A stretch of DNA of 64,000 bases, taken from assembly GCA_963703955.1 (NCBI GenBank), contig CAVPGK010000011.1, positions 251,017 to 315,016 on the forward strand, read 5' to 3'. The stretch is from Nitrospirota bacterium. Lineage in GTDB: Bacteria; Nitrospirota; Nitrospiria; Nitrospirales; Nitrospiraceae. Below are positions 12,595 through 22,055 of the stretch, piece by piece; position 1 is the first letter of the stretch; every line of letters starts with the position of its first letter. The notes below the pieces were generated by a model that made no database searches, was not told where the DNA came from, and saw nothing but the letters and a program-made list of their open reading frames with translations. The position numbers were made by a program, and so were the translations under genes.

Positions 12595-14385
12595 TCATAC
12601 ACTACTTGAAGGATGATAGGGTGGGAGCGTGGTCAAGCGCGGATCCTCCACAGGCCCGCCCGTCGTAAAATGATAGAGCGATTGAAAGGCTGTGTCCGTG
12701 AAGCCGAACACCTGATGCACCGGGTCATCAAAGAAACAGCCGATCCCTGTCGCCCGAAGCTCAGCAGCCTCAGCCTCAAGATAGAGAACCTGGCCGAGTA
12801 CCCCGGTCTCCCAGAACAGCCGCCGGTAAAACCACGCTCCATACCGGCGCAAGCTCGGCTCGAATTCCGCAATCATTCCCAAGGAGAAGGCGCTGTCGCC
12901 GGCGATCTCTTGATGACAGCTCACCTGGGCCGCAAGCCGCCGTGCATCCCCCACCTCCAGTAGAAACAGCGGGAGATCATCGGGACAGGCCGGCGGTTTG
13001 GCCCAGACAAAATGCTCATGCATGGCATGACGCAACACATCGCATTTCGTCATGTCACGAACGAGCACGTAGAGCCCTGGCTCCAACCCTTCTACTCGAT
13101 GGACAAACAGGGCAAGGTGGATCACCGGATCCCATGGAACCGCATCCCAGGGCATGGGGCGACTCAACAGCGGCCGTTCATGTCGCGGCAGGACCCGAGA
13201 CAACATCCCGAAAAAATCCCCGGCTGAGAGACCTGTCTTACCGTCGAAGCCCAGCGCGCTCCGCCGCTGACGAATGATCCGTCCTGCGACCGGTTTTTCA
13301 GGCGAGGCGCCTACGCGATCACTCGCGAGGTCGCGAGTAGCGTCGCTCGGGTTCCCCCGCACACCCAGTTCAACCGCCTCCCGATCCGTCGATGGCTTCC
13401 ACGAAGCCGCCGCGACGACATCAATGATCTCCCACGGATCAGGCGCATCTCGGCTGAGCCGGTTAGCTTTGCCATACCAGGTCGCGTCGCTGAGGCTCTG
13501 AACCGCTTCAGCATGCAGCGACAGCGGGAGCGAACGGAGCTTCTCCACCTTCTCACCTACTGAAACAGAGTGCGACGGCCATACCATGGCCACACAGTCG
13601 GGGTGCTCCGATTCAGCACCAACAAAGTCTTCGTTGCGGTTGAGCCCCAACAGGTTTGCGAGCAGATCATCTCCGACATCATCCAGTACAACCATCTGCC
13701 ATCCCAACGTCGCGGCAGCTATGCGAGCCGTGGCGATGGCATGCCCAACGTCGTGCTGACAATAGCGATAGCCTCGCTCTCCATACTTCCAGGATTCCCG
13801 CCAGTGAATCGACGTCAACGCGAACAAGAACGCCTGCGGTGGAAACGGGCTCATGAGGTCACTGAACCAACTTTGTCTATGATCCGTCCGCCGTTCCAGG
13901 GCGTGCTCTTTGGGAGCGTAATGATACAGTCCCGGCGTCGGTCCCAATCCCACAAGCCCGTCGATGAGCAGATACCCCTCAGTGGGATGCAGATTGCCGC
14001 TGGATGGATTGCTTCGGAGGGCCCAGCGCGCGCCTCCCGCTTCTTTCCAGGCCGAGAGCGCAAGGGCATACTCGAAAAAGCGTGAGATCGTTCGAACCGT
14101 TACGGGTTGGCTCGTGATCGACCCCGGACAATAGAGATCATCATACGGCGGCGAAAGCGGGTCGTCTTCGAGCCGCAAGATCGGCAACGAGATGAGTGGG
14201 GCGCCTTCGAATCGTCGAAAGGGATTCGGCTGATTGGCCCAGTCCATGTACCCCAACGATCGGGCATACCGATTGAAATGATGCTTCGTCTGCTGGTGGT
14301 AGCCGATCACCTGCAGGATCGGATCTGGTCCTACCTTCTCCGGCGCTTGCATTATCACTCGGTCTGATCTCTCGCGTGCCCTCAT
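12595..14385 (-). CDS. SagB/ThcOx family dehydrogenase (tandem nitroreductase domains)
   Basis: YHQQTKH, DWANQPNPFRRF, LRSNPSSGNLHPTEGY, WKYGERGYRYCQHDVGHA, ATGIGCFFDD motifs. Confidence 0.9.
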   Translation of the reverse strand: MRARERSDRVIMQAPEKVGPDPILQVIGYHQQTKHHFNRYARSLGYMDWANQPNPFRRFEGAPLISLPILRLEDDPLSPPYDDLYCPGSITSQPVTVRTISRFFEYALALSAWKEAGGARWALRSNPSSGNLHPTEGYLLIDGLVGLGPTPGLYHYAPKEHALERRTDHRQSWFSDLMSPFPPQAFLFALTSIHWRESWKYGERGYRYCQHDVGHAIATARIAAATLGWQMVVLDDVGDDLLANLLGLNRNEDFVGAESEHPDCVAMVWPSHSVSVGEKVEKLRSLPLSLHAEAVQSLSDATWYGKANRLSRDAPDPWEIIDVVAAASWKPSTDREAVELGVRGNPSDATRDLASDRVGASPEKPVAGRIIRQRRSALGFDGKTGLSAGDFFGMLSRVLPRHERPLLSRPMPWDAVPWDPVIHLALFVHRVEGLEPGLYVLVRDMTKCDVLRHAMHEHFVWAKPPACPDDLPLFLLEVGDARRLAAQVSCHQEIAGDSAFSLGMIAEFEPSLRRYGAWFYRRLFWETGVLGQVLYLEAEAAELRATGIGCFFDDPVHQVFGFTDTAFQSLYHFTTGGPVEDPRLTTLPPYHPSSSV

Positions 14386-14465
14386 AATGACAACCGTCTT
14401 TCCAGTCTACCTGCCGCCCCTGTTGAAAGTAAATCGACCGGCAAGCTAGTTGACCGGAGGCGACG

Positions 14466-14924
14466 ATGCCGGTATTCTCGCAGCAACCATCTGGGGGAAT
14501 TCGCATGCGGTTCGACCCTTCGATAGCGGCCCAACACTCGTTCATGCAGACGCAGGTGACCAGAGAACTCGGAGAAGATACGGACGCCGCCCAAAAGGCG
14601 GAGGACACCTTCTCTTCGACCGCGGGAGAGGAAGCCAAGGCCGCCTACCATCTGTTGCAGCACATGGGAGACCGGTACCCGAACGCGAGAGCGTTCCACC
14701 AATTCCTGATCTACATCACGTGGCAGCAGGTCACGGAAGAAACCATTCCCACACACTTCAAAAAGGGTCTGCAGCTCTGTGATCGTTATCTCACCAAATG
14801 GAATGTCGACGACGTTCATGGAAGACAGATTCACGAACTCCGCGCTTCATTCCGAGCCGGACTGGGATTGGACCAGGAAGAAGACGATGACTTCGCCCAG
14901 GACACGTTCAAAGGGGGAGACTGA
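14466..14924 (+). CDS. Hypothetical protein
   Basis: 152 aa ORF, first of an apparent three-gene operon; start may be the downstream MRFDP. Confidence 0.65.
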   Translation: MPVFSQQPSGGIRMRFDPSIAAQHSFMQTQVTRELGEDTDAAQKAEDTFSSTAGEEAKAAYHLLQHMGDRYPNARAFHQFLIYITWQQVTEETIPTHFKKGLQLCDRYLTKWNVDDVHGRQIHELRASFRAGLGLDQEEDDDFAQDTFKGGD

Positions 14925-14942
14925 GAGCAAGAATTCTCAACG

Positions 14943-15785
14943 ATGGCCGACATGTCGGATGACGACAAACATCGAGCCCGCATTTTTCTCCATCGCGGCG
15001 ATCTGCCCCAGGCTCGTCTGTGCTATGAGCGAGCCCTCGACGCCGACCGGGAGTCCGAGGACACGCAGGCCTTGTCGGACACGTTGGGGAACCTGGGGAA
15101 TGTCTGCGCCATGATGGGAGACGTGGACACAGCGTCACACTGTTATCGAGAAGTGCTTGAGCTACAGCGTGAGCAACGGAATCAGGCCGCGATCGGCCAG
15201 ACCTTGGTCAATCTTGGCAACCTGCACGCGGAGTCCGGGCATGCCGAGCAGGCCCGCGCCTATTATCTGGAGGCTCTGGACATCCTGGAACCGCTTGACG
15301 ATCATTGTGCCCTCGGTGTGCTGTACTCCAATCTTGGCCTGCAAGAGGCAACCGCCGCCCGCCTCGATGAGTCAATCCGTTATTTCACAAAGGCTCTGGA
15401 GTTGCACCGGCGTGTCGGCGATGAGAAAAGTCTAGCCGTGACCTATAGTCAGCTGGGCAAGACGTTCCTCCTCGCCGGCAGCCCCCAGCAGGCGGAACGG
15501 TGTTTGAACAATGCGTCCGAGCACTTCATCAAGCTCGGCAATGCGACCGGCGAAGCCGCCGCCCTGCGATTGCTGGCCGATTTGTATGAGCAACGCGGCG
15601 ATAATCAATCGGCCCTGTGTTGTCTTGAACGCGCAGTACGGGTCGGCCGGCATTACGATGCGGCTCAGTCCGCGTTTGACCTGGAGCGCATCGCTCGTTT
15701 ACGGCCCGGATTGCGCGCCCAAAACCAGCGGGACGCGCAGGCGGATCGGTCCCGAAAGTACGGTGAAAGGCAACAATCGGATTGA
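14943..15785 (+). CDS. Tetratricopeptide repeat protein
   Basis: Repeated TLGNLGNV / TLVNLGNL / LYSNLGL / TYSQLGK TPR units. Confidence 0.88.
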   Translation: MADMSDDDKHRARIFLHRGDLPQARLCYERALDADRESEDTQALSDTLGNLGNVCAMMGDVDTASHCYREVLELQREQRNQAAIGQTLVNLGNLHAESGHAEQARAYYLEALDILEPLDDHCALGVLYSNLGLQEATAARLDESIRYFTKALELHRRVGDEKSLAVTYSQLGKTFLLAGSPQQAERCLNNASEHFIKLGNATGEAAALRLLADLYEQRGDNQSALCCLERAVRVGRHYDAAQSAFDLERIARLRPGLRAQNQRDAQADRSRKYGERQQSD

Positions 15786-15798
15786 GTAGGAATCAAGG

Positions 15799-16890
15799 GT
15801 GCCGATGCCGCTGATCTGGTGCTCGATCTCGTCCCATGGCTTCGGACACGCGGCGCAGATCGTTCCCGTCCTGAACGAACTACATCGCCGGATTGCGGGG
15901 CTCACCATCCTTCTCCGCACCAACGTCCCCGCCCGGTTTTTCAAGGGACGTTTAACTCCGGCTTGGGAGCTTAGTCCAGCCGAGCAGGATATCGGCTGCG
16001 TGCAGCGCGGTCCCTTGCACATCGACCAGAAGGCGACGTGGAATGAGCACATGCGGTTTCATAACAAGTGGGAAAAGCGCCTTCTCGAGGAAGAGCGTGC
16101 GATTCGATCGCGGTCGCCCGATCTCGTATTGTCGAACATCTCCTATCTGGCGATTGAGGCCGCAGATCGAGCGCAAATTCCGTGTGTCGCCCTCTGCTCT
16201 CTCTCATGGGATCGGGTCCTCGAACCCTTCCTGGACTCGACGCAGTCAGAACAGGCCCGAATCCTTGAGGACATGTCGCGATCGTACCGCCGGGCGCACC
16301 TGATGATTCGCCCGATGCCGGGACTGCCTCTGTCCGCCTTTCCGAACATTCGCGACGTCGGTCCCATCGCCGATCCGCTGGCCAAGGACGGGAACCTCTT
16401 ACGGGGGCATATTGGCGCATCTGGTGACGAACGAGTGGCGTTGATCGGATTCGGCGGGATTGCTCTGGAAACGTTGCCCTTTGATCAACTGGAGGCGATG
16501 GCCGGCTATCGGTTCATTGTCAGCGGGCCCGTCCCCGACGGGCACAAGCGCGTCGTTTCGGACATAGGGATTCCTTTGCCATTCCGCGCCCTGCTCGCCT
16601 CCTCCGATCTCGTCGTGACAAAACCCGGCTACAGCACGATCACTGAAACCGTAGCCTCCGCGACTCCTATGGTGTATGTGCGCCGGTATGATTTTGCGGA
16701 TGAAAGCAGCCTGGTCGAATACGCCCACCGCTACGGCCGCGCCGTCGAGCTTTCGGCCGAACACTTTGCGACCGGCCGCTGGGATCACGCGCTTGATGCC
16801 GCATACAATTGTCCTCGGCCTCGTGAATCAGCCCCCCCTCCCACCGGAGCATCGGAAGCAGCTGACATCCTGATGAATTATCTACGTTAG
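15799..16890 (+). CDS. GT-B fold glycosyltransferase-like protein
   Basis: ISSHGFGHA, IGFGGI, DLVVTKPGYSTITE motifs. Confidence 0.8.
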   Translation: MPMPLIWCSISSHGFGHAAQIVPVLNELHRRIAGLTILLRTNVPARFFKGRLTPAWELSPAEQDIGCVQRGPLHIDQKATWNEHMRFHNKWEKRLLEEERAIRSRSPDLVLSNISYLAIEAADRAQIPCVALCSLSWDRVLEPFLDSTQSEQARILEDMSRSYRRAHLMIRPMPGLPLSAFPNIRDVGPIADPLAKDGNLLRGHIGASGDERVALIGFGGIALETLPFDQLEAMAGYRFIVSGPVPDGHKRVVSDIGIPLPFRALLASSDLVVTKPGYSTITETVASATPMVYVRRYDFADESSLVEYAHRYGRAVELSAEHFATGRWDHALDAAYNCPRPRESAPPPTGASEAADILMNYLR

Positions 16891-16901
16891 GCCGCTGCCG
16901 T

Positions 16902-17381
16902 TTACATGGCTGCCACGATGTCCTTTTTCATCGGCCCAAGAACACTCAACAGCTCATTCTGTTCGCGTGAGGGGACCTTAAACTTGTTCAACGTCGCCAC
17001 CAGGTCACCGACCAAGGCATCAAACTCTTGGCTGGTAATACCCATGCCGGCATGGGTCGTCTTCATATCCCGACCGGTATAGGTGCACGGGCCGCCGGAC
17101 GCTGAGCAGATCTGCTCAACTAGGAGAGTCTTTAATCTGGGAATATTGGCATTCGCAAACTTGCCATTGATACGGTTGTCGTTCGCGACGCGATTGACAA
17201 AGTCATCCACGACCGCCGTAATTGCTTCCTTCTTGCCCAGGCGGTCATAGAGTGACGTCGTCACAGCCTTGCCGGCTCCGCCGCCTGAGGCAGACATGGT
17301 ACCCTCACTGGCACAGCCCGTTCCCAAGGCCAACAGACCGACGAAAGCCCATCCCCATATGTCTTGATGTCGCACACGCAT
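16902..17381 (-). CDS. Group I truncated hemoglobin (GlbN-like) with lipoprotein signal
   Basis: SLYDRLG, DNRINGKF, GGPCTYTGRDMKTTHAGMGIT..EFDALV. N-terminal TM plus LGTGC lipobox. Alternative start at 17396. Confidence 0.92.
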   Translation of the reverse strand: MRVRHQDIWGWAFVGLLALGTGCASEGTMSASGGGAGKAVTTSLYDRLGKKEAITAVVDDFVNRVANDNRINGKFANANIPRLKTLLVEQICSASGGPCTYTGRDMKTTHAGMGITSQEFDALVGDLVATLNKFKVPSREQNELLSVLGPMKKDIVAAM

Positions 17382-17461
17382 AGTGCCCTCGTTCATGACG
17401 TGACAGATACGGTCACGGAAGTGCCCTTACTTGGTGAGATTTCCTCTCTCCTAGTTGTCCC

Positions 17462-17487
17462 TACGGAAGAAGTCAACGAGTGGATGT
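17462..17487 (-). promoter_or_regulatory. ECF-type promoter ACATCC-N16-CGTA driving the hemoglobin gene
   Basis: Minus strand acatcc-actcgttgacttcttc-cgta. Confidence 0.7.
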
Positions 17488-17549
17488 GTCAGGCTCGCGA
17501 GCCTGAGCATTCATCTTACCAATGCAACGTGGCAGCGGTGCTCATCAAT

Positions 17550-17575
17550 ACATCCCTTTATCTCGACGGTACGTA
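17550..17575 (+). promoter_or_regulatory. ECF-type promoter ACATCC-N16-CGTA upstream of the sigma factor (autoregulatory)
   Basis: Plus strand acatcc-ctttatctcgacggta-cgta; identical boxes and spacing to the divergent copy. Confidence 0.7.
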
Positions 17576-17621
17576 GGTATGGTATGATGCGCCCGTTCCT
17601 CCATCCGGGAGGATCACGCGC

Positions 17622-18209
17622 ATGGAATCAGCCTCGGGACATTCATCAACGGTGATCGATCCGGACCTCTTGGACCTCGTCGCCAAAGGGGACCGGCGGG
17701 CGTTCGGACAGCTCTACGATCAATCTTCACCTTTGCTCTATGCGCTTGCCTTACGCATTCTTGGCGATAAGGAGGAGGCCGAAGAGCTGCTGCAGGAGGT
17801 CTATGCGGAAGTATGGTGCAAGGGTTCCCGGTACGATGCCCGGCGCGGATCGCCTATTGCCTGGCTCGTCACTCTGACACGAAGCCGCGCGATCGATCGG
17901 CTTCGCTCCCGAGCCTCCAAAGGCCGCGGACTGACCGATCCGATCGACAGCACGATCGCGACGACATTGCGGGATCAGGAGCCGACCCCGTTTGAGCGGC
18001 AGGTGGACGTAGAATTGCGCACGCTGGTCTCCAGGGCTTTGTCCGAGTTGCCGGATGCTCAAAAGGAGGCCCTGGAACTTGCCTATTACGAGGGGCTCTC
18101 GCATACCGAGATTGCGGCGCGATTGAATCAGCCGGTGGGAACGATCAAGACCCGGATCAAGCTTGGCATGACGAAACTGAAGACCTCTCTGCGCTCCTGT
18201 TGGGACTAA
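17622..18209 (+). CDS. ECF RNA polymerase sigma-70 factor (SigK-like)
   Basis: AFGQLYD, AEELLQEV, WLVTLTRSRAIDRLR, LAYYEGLSHTEIA..GTIKTRI. Confidence 0.93.
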   Translation: MESASGHSSTVIDPDLLDLVAKGDRRAFGQLYDQSSPLLYALALRILGDKEEAEELLQEVYAEVWCKGSRYDARRGSPIAWLVTLTRSRAIDRLRSRASKGRGLTDPIDSTIATTLRDQEPTPFERQVDVELRTLVSRALSELPDAQKEALELAYYEGLSHTEIAARLNQPVGTIKTRIKLGMTKLKTSLRSCWD

Positions 18210-18210
18210 C

Positions 18211-19218
18211 GTGGGACACGAACAGTTCGAAGAGATCCTCTCTCTCTATGCCATCGGGGCGCTCGACCGCCACGAGCGACAAGCGATGGAAGCGCACCTG
18301 TTGACAGGATGCGCGCCCTGTCACGCCGCGTTGAAGGACTACCATGCGGTGGCCGGAATCCTGCCCTACGGACTTGAGCCCGCTTCCGTTCCACCCGAAT
18401 TGAGAAAGCTGACACTCAAGACAGCCTTTGAGAGGGCCGCGCGGCCACATGAAGCCATCATATCTGAGCCGCGCACGGCTGTTTCGTGGTTTGATCGACT
18501 CTTTCCCGCTTCTGCACTCCGGCTGTTCCAGCCGGTCGCGACCATGGCCTTACTGCTCTTGCTGGCGGGCACCGGATTCTACGCCTGGGTGACTCACTCG
18601 CAGATGGCGACGGAGGCGGAACAACGACACCAGGCGGAAACAGCCTTGCAAGAAGCCATGACACGTACGGCCCAGTTGCAACAGCAGGTCGCCCAGAAAG
18701 AGCAGGCCCTTGTCACGATGAAAGAGGAGATCGGGCAGGCCGGCAATGTCGGTGAAATGGAAACGGCGCTGCATGAGCGTCAAACCGAGGTGGATCAATT
18801 GCGCGCGCAAGTAGCTCAGGCCGACAAGGACACGACCGGCCTGCGGCGCGCCCTTGCGCAGCGTGATGAAATGCTCACCTTCTTGCGGTCGGCCCACGTC
18901 AAGGTCGTCTCGCTTTCCGGATTAGAGAACGCCAAGTCCGCAGGCGCCTTCCTCCTATTCGACCGCGAGACCAAGAAGGCCTTTTTTTATGCGTTCAACA
19001 TGCCGGCGCTTCCACCTGGAAAGACCTACCAATTATGGGCCATCGTCGATAAACCCATGAGCGCCGGCGTGTTCACCACTGACGATGGTCAAAAAGGCCG
19101 ATTGATTATCCGAAGCCTTCCGGATTGGTCCCGAATCACCAAGTTCGCAGTCAGTCTGGAGCCAGAAGGAGGACAACCGCAACCTACCGGCAGCATTTAT
19201 CTGGCCGGCCAGATTTGA
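18211..19218 (+). CDS. Anti-sigma factor (N-terminal Zn finger, TM, coiled coil, RskA-like C-terminus)
   Basis: HLLTGCAPC, TM helix, long coiled coil, GKTYQLWAI..PMSAGVF..FAVSLEPEGG. Confidence 0.9.
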   Translation: MGHEQFEEILSLYAIGALDRHERQAMEAHLLTGCAPCHAALKDYHAVAGILPYGLEPASVPPELRKLTLKTAFERAARPHEAIISEPRTAVSWFDRLFPASALRLFQPVATMALLLLLAGTGFYAWVTHSQMATEAEQRHQAETALQEAMTRTAQLQQQVAQKEQALVTMKEEIGQAGNVGEMETALHERQTEVDQLRAQVAQADKDTTGLRRALAQRDEMLTFLRSAHVKVVSLSGLENAKSAGAFLLFDRETKKAFFYAFNMPALPPGKTYQLWAIVDKPMSAGVFTTDDGQKGRLIIRSLPDWSRITKFAVSLEPEGGQPQPTGSIYLAGQI

Positions 19219-19314
19219 TCTGCTTTCCCCCATCAGCCGCCTCGCGAGAATTCGCCAAACCCCTATTTCGTTGTTTGCTTGTATGTTATGGTACCGAATG
19301 TGTGAGAGTTCAGC

Positions 19315-19731
19315 ATGAAACAGGCGGTACAGTCTCTACGGCGTATTCATTCCACGACTCTCCTGGCCGCCCTCAACGGAGTGTTCGCCTTATGGCTCAT
19401 TGGCTGCACGGCTCATGAGCCCGTCGTCCGCCACCCGCTAGGCGAAAGGTTGATCGGAAAAAGCAACCAGGAACTCTTGGCCTGTGCGGGCATCCCCCTT
19501 CGGGAAACCAACGTTGGCGATGGTACCGTGCTGAGCTATTATAAAGAGACCTCTATGCTCGCAGAGTCGTTCGTCGGTTCCAAAGAAAGCAAACCACTGA
19601 TCCATGGAGGCTGTTGGGCACATGTTATGCTTTCCGACGGTCAAGTGACAGGGGTGGAGTTCAAGCCTGTGCCGGCCCACCTGGAAACCATCGAACCATG
19701 TGAGGAGATTTTCCAATCCTGCGTTCAGTAG
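19315..19731 (+). CDS. Hypothetical lipoprotein
   Basis: LWLIGC lipobox; LIGKS..ELLACAGIP; additional Cys residues. Confidence 0.65.
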   Translation: MKQAVQSLRRIHSTTLLAALNGVFALWLIGCTAHEPVVRHPLGERLIGKSNQELLACAGIPLRETNVGDGTVLSYYKETSMLAESFVGSKESKPLIHGGCWAHVMLSDGQVTGVEFKPVPAHLETIEPCEEIFQSCVQ

Positions 19732-19916
19732 CGATAGCGCGCCTTGGTCCTGAAAACGACGGTGGTCAGTCGTAAAACGAGCCGTCTGAATAGCTCGATC
19801 CGCCGATTCACTAGCTCATGGGTCATTGCCTGCCTTCCCTGAACCCTGAACGCCTCCCCTGGCAAAGACTTCGGGGTCTTGATGCAATCGTAACGTTCTT
19901 GTTGTATTGGTGATGC

Positions 19917-20852
19917 ATGTTGGGCCGGAGCTTGACTGAAAACCGTCTGTTCCTGGGGAGCGAGCCGCTTGTCCCCAGTGTGATCTGCCTCGTCTTATTC
20001 TGGGTCAATCCCGATTTCGGATTGGCTTTGGAGAAGTATGGGCGTCCGCTCCCGTCTCTTGAAGAGCCGGAGTCCGTCGAGCGGGAAGCAGAAGAGAGCT
20101 TATTCGGCGGCTACTTCCTCACTGCGGCTTTCGTGCATAATCCCACATTCGCCGCTCGTCCGGATAATACCGGCTTGGTCGGACTTCGATATATGCTTCA
20201 CCTGGAAACCGACCTGTACAAGCAATACCTCACCTTCTATACCGATCAAAATTTCTTCTCCGATCGGACCAACGGATGGATCATATTAAGCGAATGGGAT
20301 GCCACGTTTGCCCTGACGGGGCTAATCGATCGCATCGGTTGGCGCATTCAATATGAGCGGGATGCACCGCTCGACAGAAGCGGGTTGAAACAGATCTACG
20401 CCGATGCCCTCCTCACCGGTCGTTTTGTGGCCGCCCAGGATTCTGCATGGTGGCGCCAAACATTCCCTTCGCAGAATCTCACGGCGTATGCCGGCGGCGG
20501 CTGGCTCTTTCATAACCGTAACTACTTTGCGCGCCCTGATAATACAGGAAGGGCCCTGTTCAGGTATGTCGCCCACGCGGACTTGGACCTCTATAAGAAC
20601 AAAGTTGTGCTGTATTTCGACACGAATTTCTTCACAGATCGCGAAGCGAGCAATGTATTGAGTCCCACTGAGCTAGATTGGATCGTCGGGCTTGCGTTCC
20701 GCTGGCACGATATGGAGTTCAGCGTGTACCGGGAGCAAGACCTGCCGTTAGACAAGCCGGGCACCCTCATTCAGCAATACGTAGCGGTTCAGCTCAGGTT
20801 CGCCTTTGATGTGCCAAAACGGGCGCTGGAGAAATTCGTAAAAAGACAGTAG
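19917..20852 (+). CDS. Exported protein with internal ~125-aa duplication (probable beta-barrel)
   Basis: ARPDNTG…HxxxDLYK…F.TD/D.NFF.DR present twice; aromatic-rich amphipathic strands. Start uncertain. Confidence 0.75.
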   Translation: MLGRSLTENRLFLGSEPLVPSVICLVLFWVNPDFGLALEKYGRPLPSLEEPESVEREAEESLFGGYFLTAAFVHNPTFAARPDNTGLVGLRYMLHLETDLYKQYLTFYTDQNFFSDRTNGWIILSEWDATFALTGLIDRIGWRIQYERDAPLDRSGLKQIYADALLTGRFVAAQDSAWWRQTFPSQNLTAYAGGGWLFHNRNYFARPDNTGRALFRYVAHADLDLYKNKVVLYFDTNFFTDREASNVLSPTELDWIVGLAFRWHDMEFSVYREQDLPLDKPGTLIQQYVAVQLRFAFDVPKRALEKFVKRQ

Positions 20853-20957
20853 AGCGGACACCCTGCCAGTGTGAAGCAACCAACCTCATGGTCACAAGGG
20901 CTTACTCCCGCGCATGGGCTGTGGTAAGATACCGCCCGATTATTAGACTTCGGGCTG

Positions 20958-21473
20958 ATGTCGTATACCAGTAAGCGAGCAACCATGACATTCATTACAG
21001 ATCGAGACATTGAATTCATGCAGATGGCGCTGGACCAGGCCAGGCTTGCCCCCGCACTCGGCGAGGTGCCGATCGCGGCGGTGATCGTCATGGAGGGGAA
21101 GGTGTTGGCACAGGTTCACAACTTTCGGGAAGTTCGGCAGGATCCGACAGCCCATGCAGAAGTAGTTGCGATCCGCGAGGTGGCCAACCGTCTGGGCACG
21201 TGGCGACTGACTGGCGCCACCATGTATGTGACCGTCGAGCCGTGCTCGATGTGCGCGGGCGCGATCATCCAGGCCCGCCTTTCACGGCTCGTCTTCGGGG
21301 CCAAAGATCCTAAAGCTGGCGCCTGCGGCTCAGTCTTCAATCTCCCGAACGAGCGACGCCTGAATCATCGGGTCACGGTATGCGGCGGCATCTTGGAGCG
21401 TGAATGCCAGGACCTGATGCAGACATTCTTTCGAGGCCTACGGGAGGATATCGAGGAGCAGGCCGGGCTTTAG
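20958..21473 (+). CDS. tadA: tRNA adenosine(34) deaminase
   Basis: GEVPIAAV, DPTAHAE, TVEPCSMCAGA, GAKDPKAGACGS, LNHR motifs. Confidence 0.95.
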   Translation: MSYTSKRATMTFITDRDIEFMQMALDQARLAPALGEVPIAAVIVMEGKVLAQVHNFREVRQDPTAHAEVVAIREVANRLGTWRLTGATMYVTVEPCSMCAGAIIQARLSRLVFGAKDPKAGACGSVFNLPNERRLNHRVTVCGGILERECQDLMQTFFRGLREDIEEQAGL

Positions 21474-21546
21474 GGGAGTGGTAGTCGGACTGCCCTTGCC
21501 ACGAATTGATATTGAACGTCCGTTCACTAGGGATGACTGACGATAT

Positions 21547-21588
21547 GGAGAGGTGCGAGAGTGGCCGAATCGGGCAGTCTCGAAAACC
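21547..21588 (+). pseudogene. 5' half of tRNA-Ser(CGA) (att-like duplicate)
   Basis: 42 bp matching 26049-26090 with 2 mismatches; identity ends just past the anticodon loop. Confidence 0.88.
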
Positions 21589-21704
21589 CGCGCAGCACGG
21601 TCGTCAAAGCCCGCAGAAAGTTTACGAATGCCGCATGCATACAGGGGAGAAGCGATGTTGACTCTCTCCCCTGCTTTCCTCCCGATTCCCCTGGTTTCCC
21701 CACT

Positions 21705-21727
21705 TATTTCACAACGCTTTTCACAAC
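21705..21727 (+). repeat. Tandem TTTCACAAC repeat (arm-type site candidate, left)
   Basis: tatttcacaac-gc-ttttcacaac, 12-bp period. Confidence 0.65.
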
Positions 21728-21913
21728 AACGTCAAAATACGTATGCTCTACGTGATTGCCTCTTGTGTGAGCCTGGGAGAACGCCATCAGTACCTACCCC
21801 TACCTCATCCGCTGATCGTTCAGCTTGAGCCAACTGTGTGCGCCGGGGAATGAACCGGGGTAAACACCGGAAGCACGGGAACTACGTAGTAAAGCGCCGA
21901 ATGGCCTCGCTCG

Positions 21914-21942
21914 TTGACAACTACTGATAGCGGGAGTACTAT
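21914..21942 (+). promoter_or_regulatory. Sigma-70-type promoter
   Basis: TTGACA-N17-TACTAT upstream of the 22056 ORF. Confidence 0.7.
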
Positions 21943-22055
21943 CGCATTTAGAAGTTGAATGCTTCGGAGGGTCAGCCTGGAAAGGCGACCCTGGAATGAA
22001 CCAGCGCCCTGTGTGGGGCGCGCTTATAAACTCTGTTAGGAGGAGGTTGTACACC

